Below are positions 24,482 through 34,969 of a stretch of 64,000 bases of DNA, one piece after another; position 1 is the stretch's first letter, and every line of letters begins with the position of its first letter. This stretch comes from Candidatus Dojkabacteria bacterium (GTDB lineage: Bacteria; Patescibacteriota; Dojkabacteria; SC72): assembly GCA_040767225.1 (NCBI GenBank), contig JAXGOY010000003.1, positions 2,031-66,030 of the forward strand, written 5' to 3'. A model generated the notes under the pieces. It was not told the origin of the DNA. It saw only the letters and a program-made list of their open reading frames with translations, and did not search any database. Made by a program: the position numbers and the translations under genes.

Positions 24482-27088
24482 CTAGTTTATCTTTATTCCT
24501 TCCAGTTTTAATTTTTCCATTTGTATATACTCTTCAGTTTGTACAAGGTCTTTAAATGTTGCTGTTTGTGACCAGTCGCTTACATTACCATCAGTATCCC
24601 AAAATCTAATTCTCCAGTAATATGTTGTACCTGAACTACCTGTCAATGTTGTTCCTGCATATGTAATATCAGGAGATCTTTGACCACTTGGTGTAGATGT
24701 CATAGAAGTCTTGTTACTATCCCACATTACTGTACCTGTAAAAGATGAATTAGAGTTAACCTCTATTTCATAGTAATTTGCACTATCACCATTTGGGTCT
24801 ATATGCTGTGCTGAGAATTTTGGAGTAGTTGATAATATCCATGTAGGATTCTCCATACCATCTGTTTTTAAGTAAGTAGGAGATAAAGGATTTCCTGACA
24901 TAGTGAAGTTGGATGTCTGAGACCAGTTGCTTACAGCCCCATTGTTATCCCAAAACCTCATTCTCCAATAGTAGGTTGTACCATTTAAAGAAAGTGTTGT
25001 TCCTGCATATGATATATCTGTAGATCTTGAACCATTAGTAATTGGGGAGATAGCTGTTTTTGTACTATCCCACATAACTGTCCCAAAGAAATCTGATTGG
25101 GTATTTACCTCTATCTCGTAGTACACACCTGTATCACTTGCATCAGGGTCACTAAATATTGCACTAAACTCAGGTGTTGTATCTGTCACTTTTATTGGCT
25201 CACTACTCCCTTCGGTATATAGTGAACTTGGTGGATTGGGGATAGTATTTGATCCATCTAGAGTTTCATTCTCTTCTTGTATTGTTGAATCTCCTTTAGA
25301 AGGAATTATAAGTGTAGTTTTATTTTGTGATGTTGTAAATGTTGCTGTTTGAGACCACTGTCCCTGTGTATCTTTGCTATCCCAGAATCGTATTCTCCAA
25401 TAATATGTAATACCATTTAAAGAGAGTGCATTTCCCATATATAATATCTCTGGAGATCTTTGTCCGCTTATAATTGGGCTTATTGATGTCTTTCCACTAT
25501 CCCACATACTTGTACCTGTAAAATCAGCTTTTGTATTTACCTCAATTTCAAAATATATACCATTATCTAAATTAGGATCAGAGTATATCGCACTAAATTT
25601 AGGAGATTGGCTTGTTATACTAACAGGATTAACAAGACCCTCTGTAAGTAAGTTAGTAGGTGCAGAAGGAGGCTGATTAGGAATTTCCTCATTATTAATA
25701 GTAGCTCTTTTAGAAGAGTTCTTTTTGATAAAGAGTACTTTGATATATGGAGGATCATTTGAATACGGCTGTAATTCTCCTGTTATATTATGAGTATGTG
25801 TTGATTTAGTAGGGAGGGATATAGAGGGAGAGCCAGTTGACAGGCCAACTGTTGCTGTATTGCTACCTGTAGTTGCGCTAACACTGTGTGTGTGAGATGA
25901 ACTTCCTCCTGTTGTACCATATGATGAGCTCCCATATGGGTAATATTCATCAAGCTGCGAAAATCTTGTCCACCCAAGAGGAGGAAGGGCAGTAGCCATA
26001 GTTATTACTCCCATGGGTGCCATAATATCATTACTAGCTTGTCCATACAAAACAGACAGGTATTTAGGAATATTCTCTGAAGTTTGTGTAATGAATTGAT
26101 TAATGGTATGAGTGTGTGTATTTGATGCTGTATATATTTCATTACCTCCCTGTGCAGTTGTTTCACTGCTTGCTCCATCTGTTATTGTTGCTAAGACTTT
26201 ATGGAAGTGTGTTGTTACACCACCGCTTCCTCCATATGTGGAATTTCCTCTTGGGAATTTATTGTCAAGCTGTGAGAATCTTGTAAACCCAGAAGGAATT
26301 GAGGAGTCGAATAAAGAGATGAAACCTTGATTGATAACTAGATTTTTATTGGAGCATACTATCATATCTAAATATGGGGGTAGCACTTCTGTCTCTTGTG
26401 AGGTTACTATTATTTGATGTGTATGAGAATTTGCAATTTTAGTATCATCACTACTTTTTGCAGAACCACTTGTACTAATTTGAGAGCTGCTTGTTAATAT
26501 TGTTTGAGGATGAGAATGAGAAGCACTCCCACCTGTCTCTCCATACATTGAAGCACCCTTAGGGAATCTTTGATAAAAATCTTGTCCTGTATCAGATTCA
26601 ATTTTCCATTCATTTGTACATGCAGAATCTTTTAGCAAAAGGAAATTCCCTGTCCACTCCTCTTGCCCATTAGGAGCAGATTCATTTCCATAGTACATAT
26701 ATATTGTTTTTCCACTCGCTGGTAGATTGGGTATTCTTACCCAAACCTGTGTTTGAGAGGAGTTACATCCACCTTCTATCCAGTATGGAAGCAATGTTGA
26801 ATCATCACTATCAACAAATCTAAGGTCATCACAATCATTTTGAAGTTTTTCAGCATCTATTAAGGATTTAGTATCATATTCAATTAAAACTTCTTCATTT
26901 ATAGCTTGAGTCTCTGTGTTTGAGATAAAGATAGATCTTCTGTAAAGCCAGCTTGTGTTATACCATGCGCTACTATCTTCCGAAGTATTGGTTATAAGGA
27001 GGTAAGCAAGTGGTATACCTATAGCGAGTACAAGTGCAGAAGCAATTAAAATAGTCCTTTTTGAAACAGACAGTTTTCTCTTTTCCAT
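24482..27088 (-). CDS. Large membrane-anchored surface protein: DUF2341-like N-domain + 3 tail-collar/MdpB-like repeats + 3 FN3-like repeats
   Basis: N-terminal signal anchor. DDCDDLRFVDSDDSTLLPYWIEGG...IYMYYGNESA (DUF2341-like). Three GW/GF...YG.xGG..H.H repeats. Three about 110-aa repeats YYEIEVN...FTGT.MWDS.KT...G.RS..I.Y.G..L..NG.TYYWR(I/M)RFWD...S.WSQT..F. Confidence 0.6.
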   Translation of the reverse strand: MEKRKLSVSKRTILIASALVLAIGIPLAYLLITNTSEDSSAWYNTSWLYRRSIFISNTETQAINEEVLIEYDTKSLIDAEKLQNDCDDLRFVDSDDSTLLPYWIEGGCNSSQTQVWVRIPNLPASGKTIYMYYGNESAPNGQEEWTGNFLLLKDSACTNEWKIESDTGQDFYQRFPKGASMYGETGGSASHSHPQTILTSSSQISTSGSAKSSDDTKIANSHTHQIIVTSQETEVLPPYLDMIVCSNKNLVINQGFISLFDSSIPSGFTRFSQLDNKFPRGNSTYGGSGGVTTHFHKVLATITDGASSETTAQGGNEIYTASNTHTHTINQFITQTSENIPKYLSVLYGQASNDIMAPMGVITMATALPPLGWTRFSQLDEYYPYGSSSYGTTGGSSSHTHSVSATTGSNTATVGLSTGSPSISLPTKSTHTHNITGELQPYSNDPPYIKVLFIKKNSSKRATINNEEIPNQPPSAPTNLLTEGLVNPVSITSQSPKFSAIYSDPNLDNGIYFEIEVNTKADFTGTSMWDSGKTSISPIISGQRSPEILYMGNALSLNGITYYWRIRFWDSKDTQGQWSQTATFTTSQNKTTLIIPSKGDSTIQEENETLDGSNTIPNPPSSLYTEGSSEPIKVTDTTPEFSAIFSDPDASDTGVYYEIEVNTQSDFFGTVMWDSTKTAISPITNGSRSTDISYAGTTLSLNGTTYYWRMRFWDNNGAVSNWSQTSNFTMSGNPLSPTYLKTDGMENPTWILSTTPKFSAQHIDPNGDSANYYEIEVNSNSSFTGTVMWDSNKTSMTSTPSGQRSPDITYAGTTLTGSSGTTYYWRIRFWDTDGNVSDWSQTATFKDLVQTEEYIQMEKLKLEGIKIN

Positions 27089-27124
27089 TTAATATATAAT
27101 AGCAGAAAGATGTTAAAAGAAAAC

Positions 27125-27569
27125 TAATCTCTTGTAATCTCATATAGAATAATTGAAGCGCAGTTTGCTACATTTAAAAGATTCTTTCTTTCCTCTCATA
27201 GGTATATATAACTTTATCAGCTCTCTTTAAAATTTCAGGATTAATGCCTCTTTTTTCATGACCAAATACTAATGCAACCTTGGGAGGATATTTAATCTTT
27301 GAAAATGTTCTGCATTTTTAGTTAGTTCTACACAGTAGATAGGTATTCCCTTTTCTCTAAGCTCTAGGCACAGCCTCAAGTGTAGTGTCAAAATGCTCAG
27401 AGGGAATCATATCAGTTGCACCAAGTGCAGTTTTATCAAGTTTTGGGTTATCTATATTAGTTGTTATCCCACATAGATATATTTTTACACTTCCTGCACC
27501 ATCAGCAGAGCGAAATATGCTTCCTACATTAAAAGCTGACCTTATATTATCCAATACAATATATAACAT
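27125..27569 (-). pseudogene. SpoU/TrmH-family RNA 2'-O-methyltransferase, disrupted by >=3 frameshifts
   Basis: Frame A (27357-27569): [21 protein letters not shown]. Frame B: REKGIPIYCVELTKNAEHFQRLNILPR. Frame C: VFGHEKRGINPEILKRADKVIY. Frame D: LLNVANCASIILYEI (SPOUT C-terminal knot motif). All are collinear but in different frames. Confidence 0.6.
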
Positions 27570-27589
27570 ACCTAATGTATTATCCTAAT

Positions 27590-29577
27590 ATAAAATGAAT
27601 CAATATTACTATCTACAAGCTGTTTAGCAACTCTTTTTCGCTTTTTAAACATATTAATATCTGTTAAACTAGCTATCTTAAACTGGGGAATACCTGACTG
27701 TTTATACCATATACCTCTCCTGGCCTCTTCTTTGTAAATCATACTCTGCTACATCAAAACCAGAAGAATGTGATGCAAAGTATTTTAACCTGTCTACTAC
27801 CTCAGGATTTTTTTCTTCATTTTTACTTGGTATTACAAAACAGTATGATTCTATTTCTCCCCTGCCTACTCTTCCTCTTAATTGGTGAAGTTGTGCTAAT
27901 CCAAATCTGTGTGCATCTTCTATTATCATTATTGCTGCATCAGGCATATCTATTCCTACTTCTATTACAGATGTTGATACTAACACATTTATTTCTTTTT
28001 TTCTAAATCTTTCAAGTATATCTGCTTTTTCTTTCTCCTTAAGTCTTCCATGCATTAATTCAATATTTATATCTTTAAAGTATATATTTTTTAAGTTTTG
28101 AAACTCTGTTAATACAGCCTTTGCATCAAGTGTGTAGCTCTCTTCGATGAGGGGATATACAATGAAGGCCTGCTGCTTAAAGTTGCTTTCTATGATTTTC
28201 TTGTTTACCCATTTAAAACAGTCTTCTCTTTTGTAATATGGAACATATTTAGTAGTAATATCTTTTTGCATTTTAGGTTTTTCTTTTATAGTAGACACAT
28301 CTACACTTCCAAATACCACTTCTGTTAAACTTCTTGGAATGGGAGTTGCTGTCATTGTTAAGTAGTGAGGAATTGTTTTGCCTACTTTTAGCAGTTTTTC
28401 TCTTTGTTCAACTCCAAATCTATGCTGTTCATCTACAATTACTAGGTTGAGATTTTCTGGTATATCACTTTTATACAATACAGCATGTGTACCAATTATT
28501 AGAGAATTGGGAGATTTTGGTTTTCCTTTTCTAGCAGATGTCCATATTTGTACATCAATTTCAAAAGGAGAAAGCAATTTGTTAAATGTATCAAAATGCT
28601 GGTTTGCAAGTACTGTTGTAGGAGCTAGTACTATTGCACTAAAATTGTTTCTTATACACTGTAGTACAGCTAGTGCTGCAACAACAGTCTTTCCACTTCC
28701 AACATCTCCGTTAAGCAACCTATTCATTGGTTTCTTTTTTGAAATATCTTTAACTATCTCTTTTATACTTTTGCTGGTCACTGGTTAGTTCAAAAGGAAG
28801 AGCTGAAAATCTTTTGTTAATTCCTTATCTTCAATTATGGGAATAGATTTATATTTTCTTTTTCTTTTATCTTTTTCTATCTGTATTACCATTTTAAGCA
28901 TTTCATCTAGCTGTAATCTTTCTCGTGCTTTTAGATATCTTTTGATTTTGGGAAGTGCATTTTCTTTTATACTCTCAAATGAGGAAGAAAATTTTCCTTT
29001 TCAATAATATTGTAAGGTAGTGGATCTTGGATTAAGTTTTTAATTTCTTTTTCAAGAGGTATATTTATTCCTTATTGCTCTAGAAGACAGCCCTTCTGTC
29101 TCATGATATATTCCTATTATCTTTCCTAAATGTCTTTGCTGTATTATGTCCCCTGCATACTTCTCATATTTTGGGTTATAAATATTTTTTAGTTTTTCCT
29201 TTGTAGAACTTTCCCATCAAATATATACCACTGTCCCTTTTTAAATGTTTTTGTAGATAGCTTTGATTAAAAAAAGAGATATCAAGTGTAGTTCCTGCTT
29301 CGATCAATAACTTTAACTTTTGTAAATATTTTACCTGTTCTGGTATATATATTTCTTGTTTCAACTATTTGTGCTAGAAATGCCCCTCTTCAAGATATTT
29401 AAAATCCTCTATGCTTAATATTTCAGATGTATCTCTGTATCTAAAAGGGATGTGAAAAAGAAGATCTTTTATTGTGTATATATTTAACTTGGAGTATTTT
29501 TTTGACTGATTCTCACCTATTCCTTTAAGAGATGTAATTGGTTCATTTAATGATAATTCGGTCATATATTTAACCAA
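27590..29577 (-). pseudogene. recG: ATP-dependent DNA helicase RecG, fragmented (multiple frameshifts and in-frame stops)
   Basis: N-terminal fragment (29374-29577: LKGIGENQSKKYSKLNIYTIKDLLFHIPFRYRDTS). Helicase core 27702-28781 (GDVGSGKT, DEQHRFGV, TATPIPR, LRGRVGRG). C-terminal KQSGIPQFKIASL in another frame after 27702. LPFELTS / KSIKEIVKD junction shifted at about 28785. Many stops in 28782-29373. Confidence 0.7.
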
Positions 29578-29696
29578 TTACTGATAGTATTATGGGAATT
29601 GCTATACTTGCAATCATAATTAAGGCTATGAAGATGCTTAATATTTTTGTAAGTTTTTCTTTTGTCTTTTTCTTCATGTTATGATTGTACTAATAT

Positions 29697-31157
29697 CTAG
29701 AAGTTTTTCCAAGTTCTTTGCATTTTACTTTGTGTGGACTGAGAATTAGCATATTTAAGCCAATCTGCCTTAACAGTTTTCTTTCCTGCTTGTGTTTTTA
29801 TTTCTACAATATCGCCTGTTTGAATTTTATAATCAAGTTTTACTGCTTTGCCATTAACTTTTGCAGAAACCATACTATTCCCAATATCAGTATGAATTCT
29901 ATATGCGAAATCTACAACAGTATCTCCCTTATCAAGCTGTATTATTTTTCCCTTAGGAGTAAATGCATAAACATTGTTAGGAAAAATCTTTACTAGAATA
30001 GGATTGGATAAATTTGTATCTCTAAATGCAATATGTTTACTTATCTCTTTATGGACTTCTTCTACCCAATTGTATTTATCTGTTGGCTTTGCATATCTGC
30101 TTAAGCTTTCCTTATATGCTATATGTGATGCGGGACCATATGTATTGTAGTAATACATATCTTGGGTCATAATCTGTATTTCAATTACATTGGGAGATAC
30201 TTCACTAAGTACTATTGGTCCTTGCATTGCACTATATCCATTAGGTTTAGGGTGAGAGATGTAATCATCAAATTCCTCTGTAATTATTTCTCCTTTATCC
30301 ATTATTTTCTCTAGGACATTGAAACAATTGTCTATAGAGTCTGTAATAACTCTAAGACCAATTAAGTCTCTTATTGCATTTATATTAATAGTACCAGTCT
30401 CTTTAAGCTGCTTTTTTTGTTTGTTGTATATACTGTATATTCCCTTTACCCTGCCTGTTATTGTTGGTGTTGGAGTTATATCTTTAAGCAGTCCTTTAAT
30501 GTATTCAATATATTTACATTTTACTTCTTCTGTATAATGGTGCTCTTCCATTTTAGATTTGATAATCCTATACTCCTCAGGTTTGTATATTTCTAATGCT
30601 TTTTCTTCTAATTCTTTTTTAATTGTTTCAAGATTTAGATATTCTGCAAGAGGAGCATATATGTAAAGAATTTTTCTAAGTTTTGAGCTTAGTCTTTCTT
30701 TTGGCATAAACTCAATTGTTCTGACATTGTCTAAATTATCTGCAAGTTTGATAAGGATAGGTCTTAAATCATAGTTACTGTTTAAGATATATTTTGTAAT
30801 TATTTCATAATCTGTATCAACACTTGCTGTTGCTTTACTCAAATTATTGTATTTCTTTACTAGTTGAACAACATCATTGCCAAAGAGTTTTTGTATTTCA
30901 GCATATCTTTCTTTTTCTTTGTTTGGAGCATTAGTTACACTGTTGTGCAGAAGCCCACCAATCATTGTGTTTGCATCGAGACCCATTTGGCCTAAAGTAA
31001 TTGCTATTCTAAGAGAGTGATTAACATATGGCTCTCCTGAAAACCTTGTCTCATCTTTATGATATTTTTGTGCTAAAGCAATCCCTTTTGATACTTTATT
31101 GAGGAACTTTTGCGGGCTTAGTTTTTTAACTTGTTCTATATATTCGTCAGTTGTCAT
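29697..31157 (-). CDS. RelA/SpoT-family (p)ppGpp synthetase, short form (degenerate HD domain + synthetase + TGS; no ACT domain)
   Basis: HD-like GEPYVNHSLRIAITL...GLLHNSV (HD->HN). Synthetase GRVKGIYSIYNKQKK...IRDLIGLRVI...IEIQIMTQDM. TGS domain VYAFTPKGKIIQLDKGDTVVDFAYRIHTDIGN...VNGKAVKLDYKIQTGDIVEI. Start chosen at internal Met (MTTDEY) to avoid overlap with tyrS. Confidence 0.75.
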   Translation of the reverse strand: MTTDEYIEQVKKLSPQKFLNKVSKGIALAQKYHKDETRFSGEPYVNHSLRIAITLGQMGLDANTMIGGLLHNSVTNAPNKEKERYAEIQKLFGNDVVQLVKKYNNLSKATASVDTDYEIITKYILNSNYDLRPILIKLADNLDNVRTIEFMPKERLSSKLRKILYIYAPLAEYLNLETIKKELEEKALEIYKPEEYRIIKSKMEEHHYTEEVKCKYIEYIKGLLKDITPTPTITGRVKGIYSIYNKQKKQLKETGTININAIRDLIGLRVITDSIDNCFNVLEKIMDKGEIITEEFDDYISHPKPNGYSAMQGPIVLSEVSPNVIEIQIMTQDMYYYNTYGPASHIAYKESLSRYAKPTDKYNWVEEVHKEISKHIAFRDTNLSNPILVKIFPNNVYAFTPKGKIIQLDKGDTVVDFAYRIHTDIGNSMVSAKVNGKAVKLDYKIQTGDIVEIKTQAGKKTVKADWLKYANSQSTQSKMQRTWKNF

Positions 31158-31171
31158 TGAGTAGGAATTGT

Positions 31172-32422
31172 TTAATTGGGAATATACTTTACTTGGTATA
31201 CATGTCTTCCGCATTTAAGTATGGTGCTGCCACTACCTACTTGTATATTTTTGTTCCAATCTGTAATCTTTTCTCCATTTATAGTTACAGCATTCTGTTC
31301 AACAAGTCTTTTTGCTTGGGATTTACTATTTGCTATTTTACATTGAACAATTAAATCTAAAATATTTATATTGCTTTGTCTAACTGTTTTAACAGGAATG
31401 TCTGTATTTAGATTTTTCTTTTGAAAGACATTTTCAAAGTATTTTTGTGCATTTTCAGCTTCCTGCTCTCCTTTAATATCTTTTGTTATTTCAAATGCGA
31501 GAAGTTTTTTAAGTATCATTGGATTTTCTCCTTTTTTAAGTCTTTCTTTTATTTCTTCTACTTGTTTTAATTCATATTTAGTTAATATTTCAAAGCCAAT
31601 TGGTATTAATTTGTCATCAAATGCCATAACCTTGCCAAAGATATTGTTTGCACTATCACTTAACTCAATCATATTCCCAGAGGTTTTACCCATTTTTGTT
31701 CCGTCATTTGCTTCTAGTAATTTCATAGCAACAACGAATTTTTCTTTATTTAATCTATTCATAACTAAATCTCTTCCTGCAAGCATGTTAAAGAGCTGAT
31801 CATTTCCTCCAACCTCCACATCTATATTTAATGCAACACTATCATATCCCTGCATAAGGGGGTATAGGAACTCATGAAGATATATTGGTTTATCACTCTT
31901 AAGTCTTTCTTGAAACATACTTCTTTTTAGCATCTGCTGAACTGTAAATACTGATGCCAGTTCTATTATTTCTCCAAAATTAAGGGGCTCAAGCCATTTA
32001 CTGTTGTATACCACTTTAACAGGATTTTCTTTATTAGAGATATCAATATAATGGGAGGCTTGTTCAATATACAGCCTCATGTTTTCTTCAACCTGCTGTT
32101 TTGTAAGTTTCTTTCTTGCTGACATTTTGTCAGAAGGGTCCCCTATTCTTGCAGTAAAGTCTCCTATTACAAAATATACTTGATGTCCTAGCTTTCTAAA
32201 ATCTTCTAGTTTTCTCATTCCTACTGTGTGCCCAATGTGCAGTGTAGGTGCAGTAGGATCAAAGCCTTGATATATATTTAAACATTTACCGCTTAGAAGT
32301 AAATTTTTAAGTTCTTCTTTTGAAGGTAATATGTTTTCTACTCCTTTATTGAGGATTCTATCTATTATTTTTTCATCAGTTGATATTTTCATTCTGTCTG
32401 TATTATATCTTTTAGAATACAT
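31172..32422 (-). CDS. tyrS: Tyrosyl-tRNA synthetase
   Basis: HIGH motif (LHIGHTVG), KMSKS-type KMGKT, C-terminal S4 domain (SKSQAKRLVEQNAVTINGEKI). Confidence 0.95.
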   Translation of the reverse strand: MYSKRYNTDRMKISTDEKIIDRILNKGVENILPSKEELKNLLLSGKCLNIYQGFDPTAPTLHIGHTVGMRKLEDFRKLGHQVYFVIGDFTARIGDPSDKMSARKKLTKQQVEENMRLYIEQASHYIDISNKENPVKVVYNSKWLEPLNFGEIIELASVFTVQQMLKRSMFQERLKSDKPIYLHEFLYPLMQGYDSVALNIDVEVGGNDQLFNMLAGRDLVMNRLNKEKFVVAMKLLEANDGTKMGKTSGNMIELSDSANNIFGKVMAFDDKLIPIGFEILTKYELKQVEEIKERLKKGENPMILKKLLAFEITKDIKGEQEAENAQKYFENVFQKKNLNTDIPVKTVRQSNINILDLIVQCKIANSKSQAKRLVEQNAVTINGEKITDWNKNIQVGSGSTILKCGRHVYQVKYIPN

Positions 32423-32445
32423 TTTTACAAAATATTTTTATATTC

Positions 32446-33663
32446 TTAATCTTTTACATACTTCTTTCCTGCAAGTTTGTCAGGTAGACATTGCTGATTA
32501 GATTTTTTGTTTTTTAAGTCATGATCATACTCATATCCTTTTCCATATCCGAGCTCTTTCATTAATTTGGTTGGAGCATTTCTAATATTCATTGGTACAG
32601 GAAGGTTTCCATACTTCTCAATATCTTCTTTTACACTTAATTCTGCTACATATGCACTGTTGTCCTTAGGAGCTTTAGATAAATATATTGCAAGCTGAAT
32701 TAGAAATACTTCACACTCAGGCATTCCTACTTTAGCACATGCTTCATATACACTATTTGCAAGTATTAATGCTTGTGGATCTGCATTTCCTATATCTTCA
32801 CTTGCAAACCTTATCATTCTTCTTGCAATGTATAGCGGGTCTTCTCCTGCACTAAGCATTCTTCCAACCCAGTACACCGCTGCATCAGGGTTGCTGGACC
32901 TCATTGATTTGTGTATTGCAGATATTATATTGTAATGTTCTTCTCCTTCTCTATCATAGTAAAGAGGTTTTTGGATAACTCTTTGAATTTCTTCTTCTGA
33001 AAGTATGTATTTATTCTTTTTATTCCCTGCATCTGAGAGTGTAATACTCATTTCTAATATATTTAAAGCAGATCTCATATCTCCATTTGCAAGTTCTGCG
33101 ATAAGGTCTATTACTTTTTTGCTTATTTTATACTTAGGATATTCTTTCTTTATTACTCTTTTTAGCAGAGTTGCTATATCTTCTTTTGTATGTTGATTAA
33201 AAACAAAGACCTTTGTTCTTGATAACAGTGGGCTAATTATTGTAAATGAAGGATTCTCTGTAGTTGCACCAATTAATGTAATTACTCCTTTTTCTACATA
33301 TGGGAGAAGAGTGTCCTGCTGTGCTTTATTCCATCTATGTATTTCATCTAGAAAAAGCATAGTCTTTCTGTTGTATTTTTGATTATTTAAAGCAATCTTT
33401 AATATCTTTCTTAATTCCTCTTTTCCGCTATTTACAGCCTGCATTTTGTAAAAATCATAGTACAGGTTAAGTGAAATTATGTATGCAAGAGTGGTTTTCC
33501 CTGTTCCTGGAGGTCCCCAGAATATCATTGAGGGAACATTTCCTGTTTCAAGGAATTTTCTAATTGGGCCATTAACCCCTACAAGATGCTGCTGACCTAT
33601 AAATTCATCTAAACTCTTAGGTCTGTATTTTGATGCAAGGGGCTCAAGTGTACTCATACACAA
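32446..33663 (-). CDS. rarA: Replication-associated recombination protein A (RarA/MgsA AAA+ ATPase)
   Basis: Walker [12 protein letters not shown], Walker B LFLDEIHR, MgsA C-terminal helical domain ([23 protein letters not shown]). Confidence 0.9.
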   Translation of the reverse strand: MCMSTLEPLASKYRPKSLDEFIGQQHLVGVNGPIRKFLETGNVPSMIFWGPPGTGKTTLAYIISLNLYYDFYKMQAVNSGKEELRKILKIALNNQKYNRKTMLFLDEIHRWNKAQQDTLLPYVEKGVITLIGATTENPSFTIISPLLSRTKVFVFNQHTKEDIATLLKRVIKKEYPKYKISKKVIDLIAELANGDMRSALNILEMSITLSDAGNKKNKYILSEEEIQRVIQKPLYYDREGEEHYNIISAIHKSMRSSNPDAAVYWVGRMLSAGEDPLYIARRMIRFASEDIGNADPQALILANSVYEACAKVGMPECEVFLIQLAIYLSKAPKDNSAYVAELSVKEDIEKYGNLPVPMNIRNAPTKLMKELGYGKGYEYDHDLKNKKSNQQCLPDKLAGKKYVKD

Positions 33664-33705
33664 TTATATCTCATTTTGGAAATCTATTGCTGTTCTTTAA
33701 TGCAA

Positions 33706-34233
33706 TTAGAATATGTATTCATACATCTGTCTTTCCCCTACTTTTATACTCTTTCCCTTTTTATTTGGCAGTTTATACCTAAATGTATATACTCTGCTTC
33801 CTTTCTTTAACTCTTTGCTAAATTTTTCTTCTAATGGTTTAAGTATATCCTCTGGGAGATTGCAGTAGATCACATTATATTCTTTAAGGTTAACTTTAAA
33901 AAAGTCTTCTTCAAAGAATTGGATTTTTTTATTAAATGGTGCAAGTAGTGCTTTAGAAAGTTTTATATATATGAGCTGAACAGGACTAAACTCATACCCA
34001 TGAGAGATGCATTTGTATGTTCTGTAAACTTCCCACACCACTCTGCCATCTCCACAGCCTAAATCTGCGAATTTCTCATTTTCTTTTAAGTTGAATCTAC
34101 TTACTATTTCTTTTAAAAATTTCCTAGGGGTTGAGTAATATGGTGAAAAGAAGTTTAAAACCATTGATACAATATATGAGAGAAGTGCTAATACAATGAG
34201 AATATTAATTGCAAGTGCTAAACCGTTTGGCAT
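33706..34233 (-). CDS. Small membrane-anchored class I SAM-dependent methyltransferase
   Basis: N-terminal TM helix. SAM motif I ADLGCGDGRVV. Short Rossmann core. 175 aa. Confidence 0.55.
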   Translation of the reverse strand: MPNGLALAINILIVLALLSYIVSMVLNFFSPYYSTPRKFLKEIVSRFNLKENEKFADLGCGDGRVVWEVYRTYKCISHGYEFSPVQLIYIKLSKALLAPFNKKIQFFEEDFFKVNLKEYNVIYCNLPEDILKPLEEKFSKELKKGSRVYTFRYKLPNKKGKSIKVGERQMYEYIF

Positions 34234-34269
34234 ATGAGATAATTATATATTATTTATTATAATATATAC

Positions 34270-34959
34270 ATGATAGATGGAATACTGCAAGTAGACAAGG
34301 AGGAGGGAATAACATCATATGATGTTATAAGGAGATTAAAAGGTATTTTAGGTAAGGAGCAAAAAATTGGGCATGCAGGAACACTTGATCCATTAGCAAC
34401 TGGTCTTCTTCTCATACTTCTTGGTAGAGCTACTAAAATGGAAAGAACTATTCACTCATACGAGAAGGTATATGACGTTGAAGGCGTATTGGGCTATAGT
34501 ACAGACACTCAGGATATACAAGGGAGTGTAATTAAAAAAGATAAAAGAGCAGTACAACCAAGTAAAGAAGATATTGAGAAAGTTATTGATACATACTTCT
34601 TAGGTCAAATATTGCAAACGCCACCTAAATATTCAGCAAAAAAAGTTGGTGGAAGAAAGGCATATGAGTTAGCAAGAAAGGGACAAAGTTTTTCTTTAAA
34701 ACCTGTTAGTATATATATTTCTCAATTTGAAATAGTTGAGTATAAATACCCCATTATTAAATGTAGGATAAAATGTTCATCTGGAACATATATTAGAACA
34801 GTTATTAATGACCTAGGAGAGAAACTTGGGAGTTATGCAACAGTAAGGAAGATAAGGAGGGTATCTATTGGGGATTTTAATGTCTCAGAAGCAATTCCTT
34901 CTTCACAACTTACATTAGAGAATAAAGAGAATATTTTAAGAAGAGTAATTAATATTTAA
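34270..34959 (+). CDS. truB: tRNA pseudouridine(55) synthase TruB
   Basis: Catalytic motif [14 protein letters not shown]. Typical length. Confidence 0.9.
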   Translation: MIDGILQVDKEEGITSYDVIRRLKGILGKEQKIGHAGTLDPLATGLLLILLGRATKMERTIHSYEKVYDVEGVLGYSTDTQDIQGSVIKKDKRAVQPSKEDIEKVIDTYFLGQILQTPPKYSAKKVGGRKAYELARKGQSFSLKPVSIYISQFEIVEYKYPIIKCRIKCSSGTYIRTVINDLGEKLGSYATVRKIRRVSIGDFNVSEAIPSSQLTLENKENILRRVINI

Positions 34960-34969
34960 GGAAGTTAAT

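Noticed and set aside
31158-31214. Upstream ATG (31214) for the Rel/SpoT-family gene, overlapping the tyrS 3' end by 43 nt
   Set aside because: An internal Met (MTTDEY, 31157) gives a non-overlapping start 15 nt downstream of the tyrS stop and removes a non-conserved 19-aa leader. The overlap is more likely an ORF-finder artefact.
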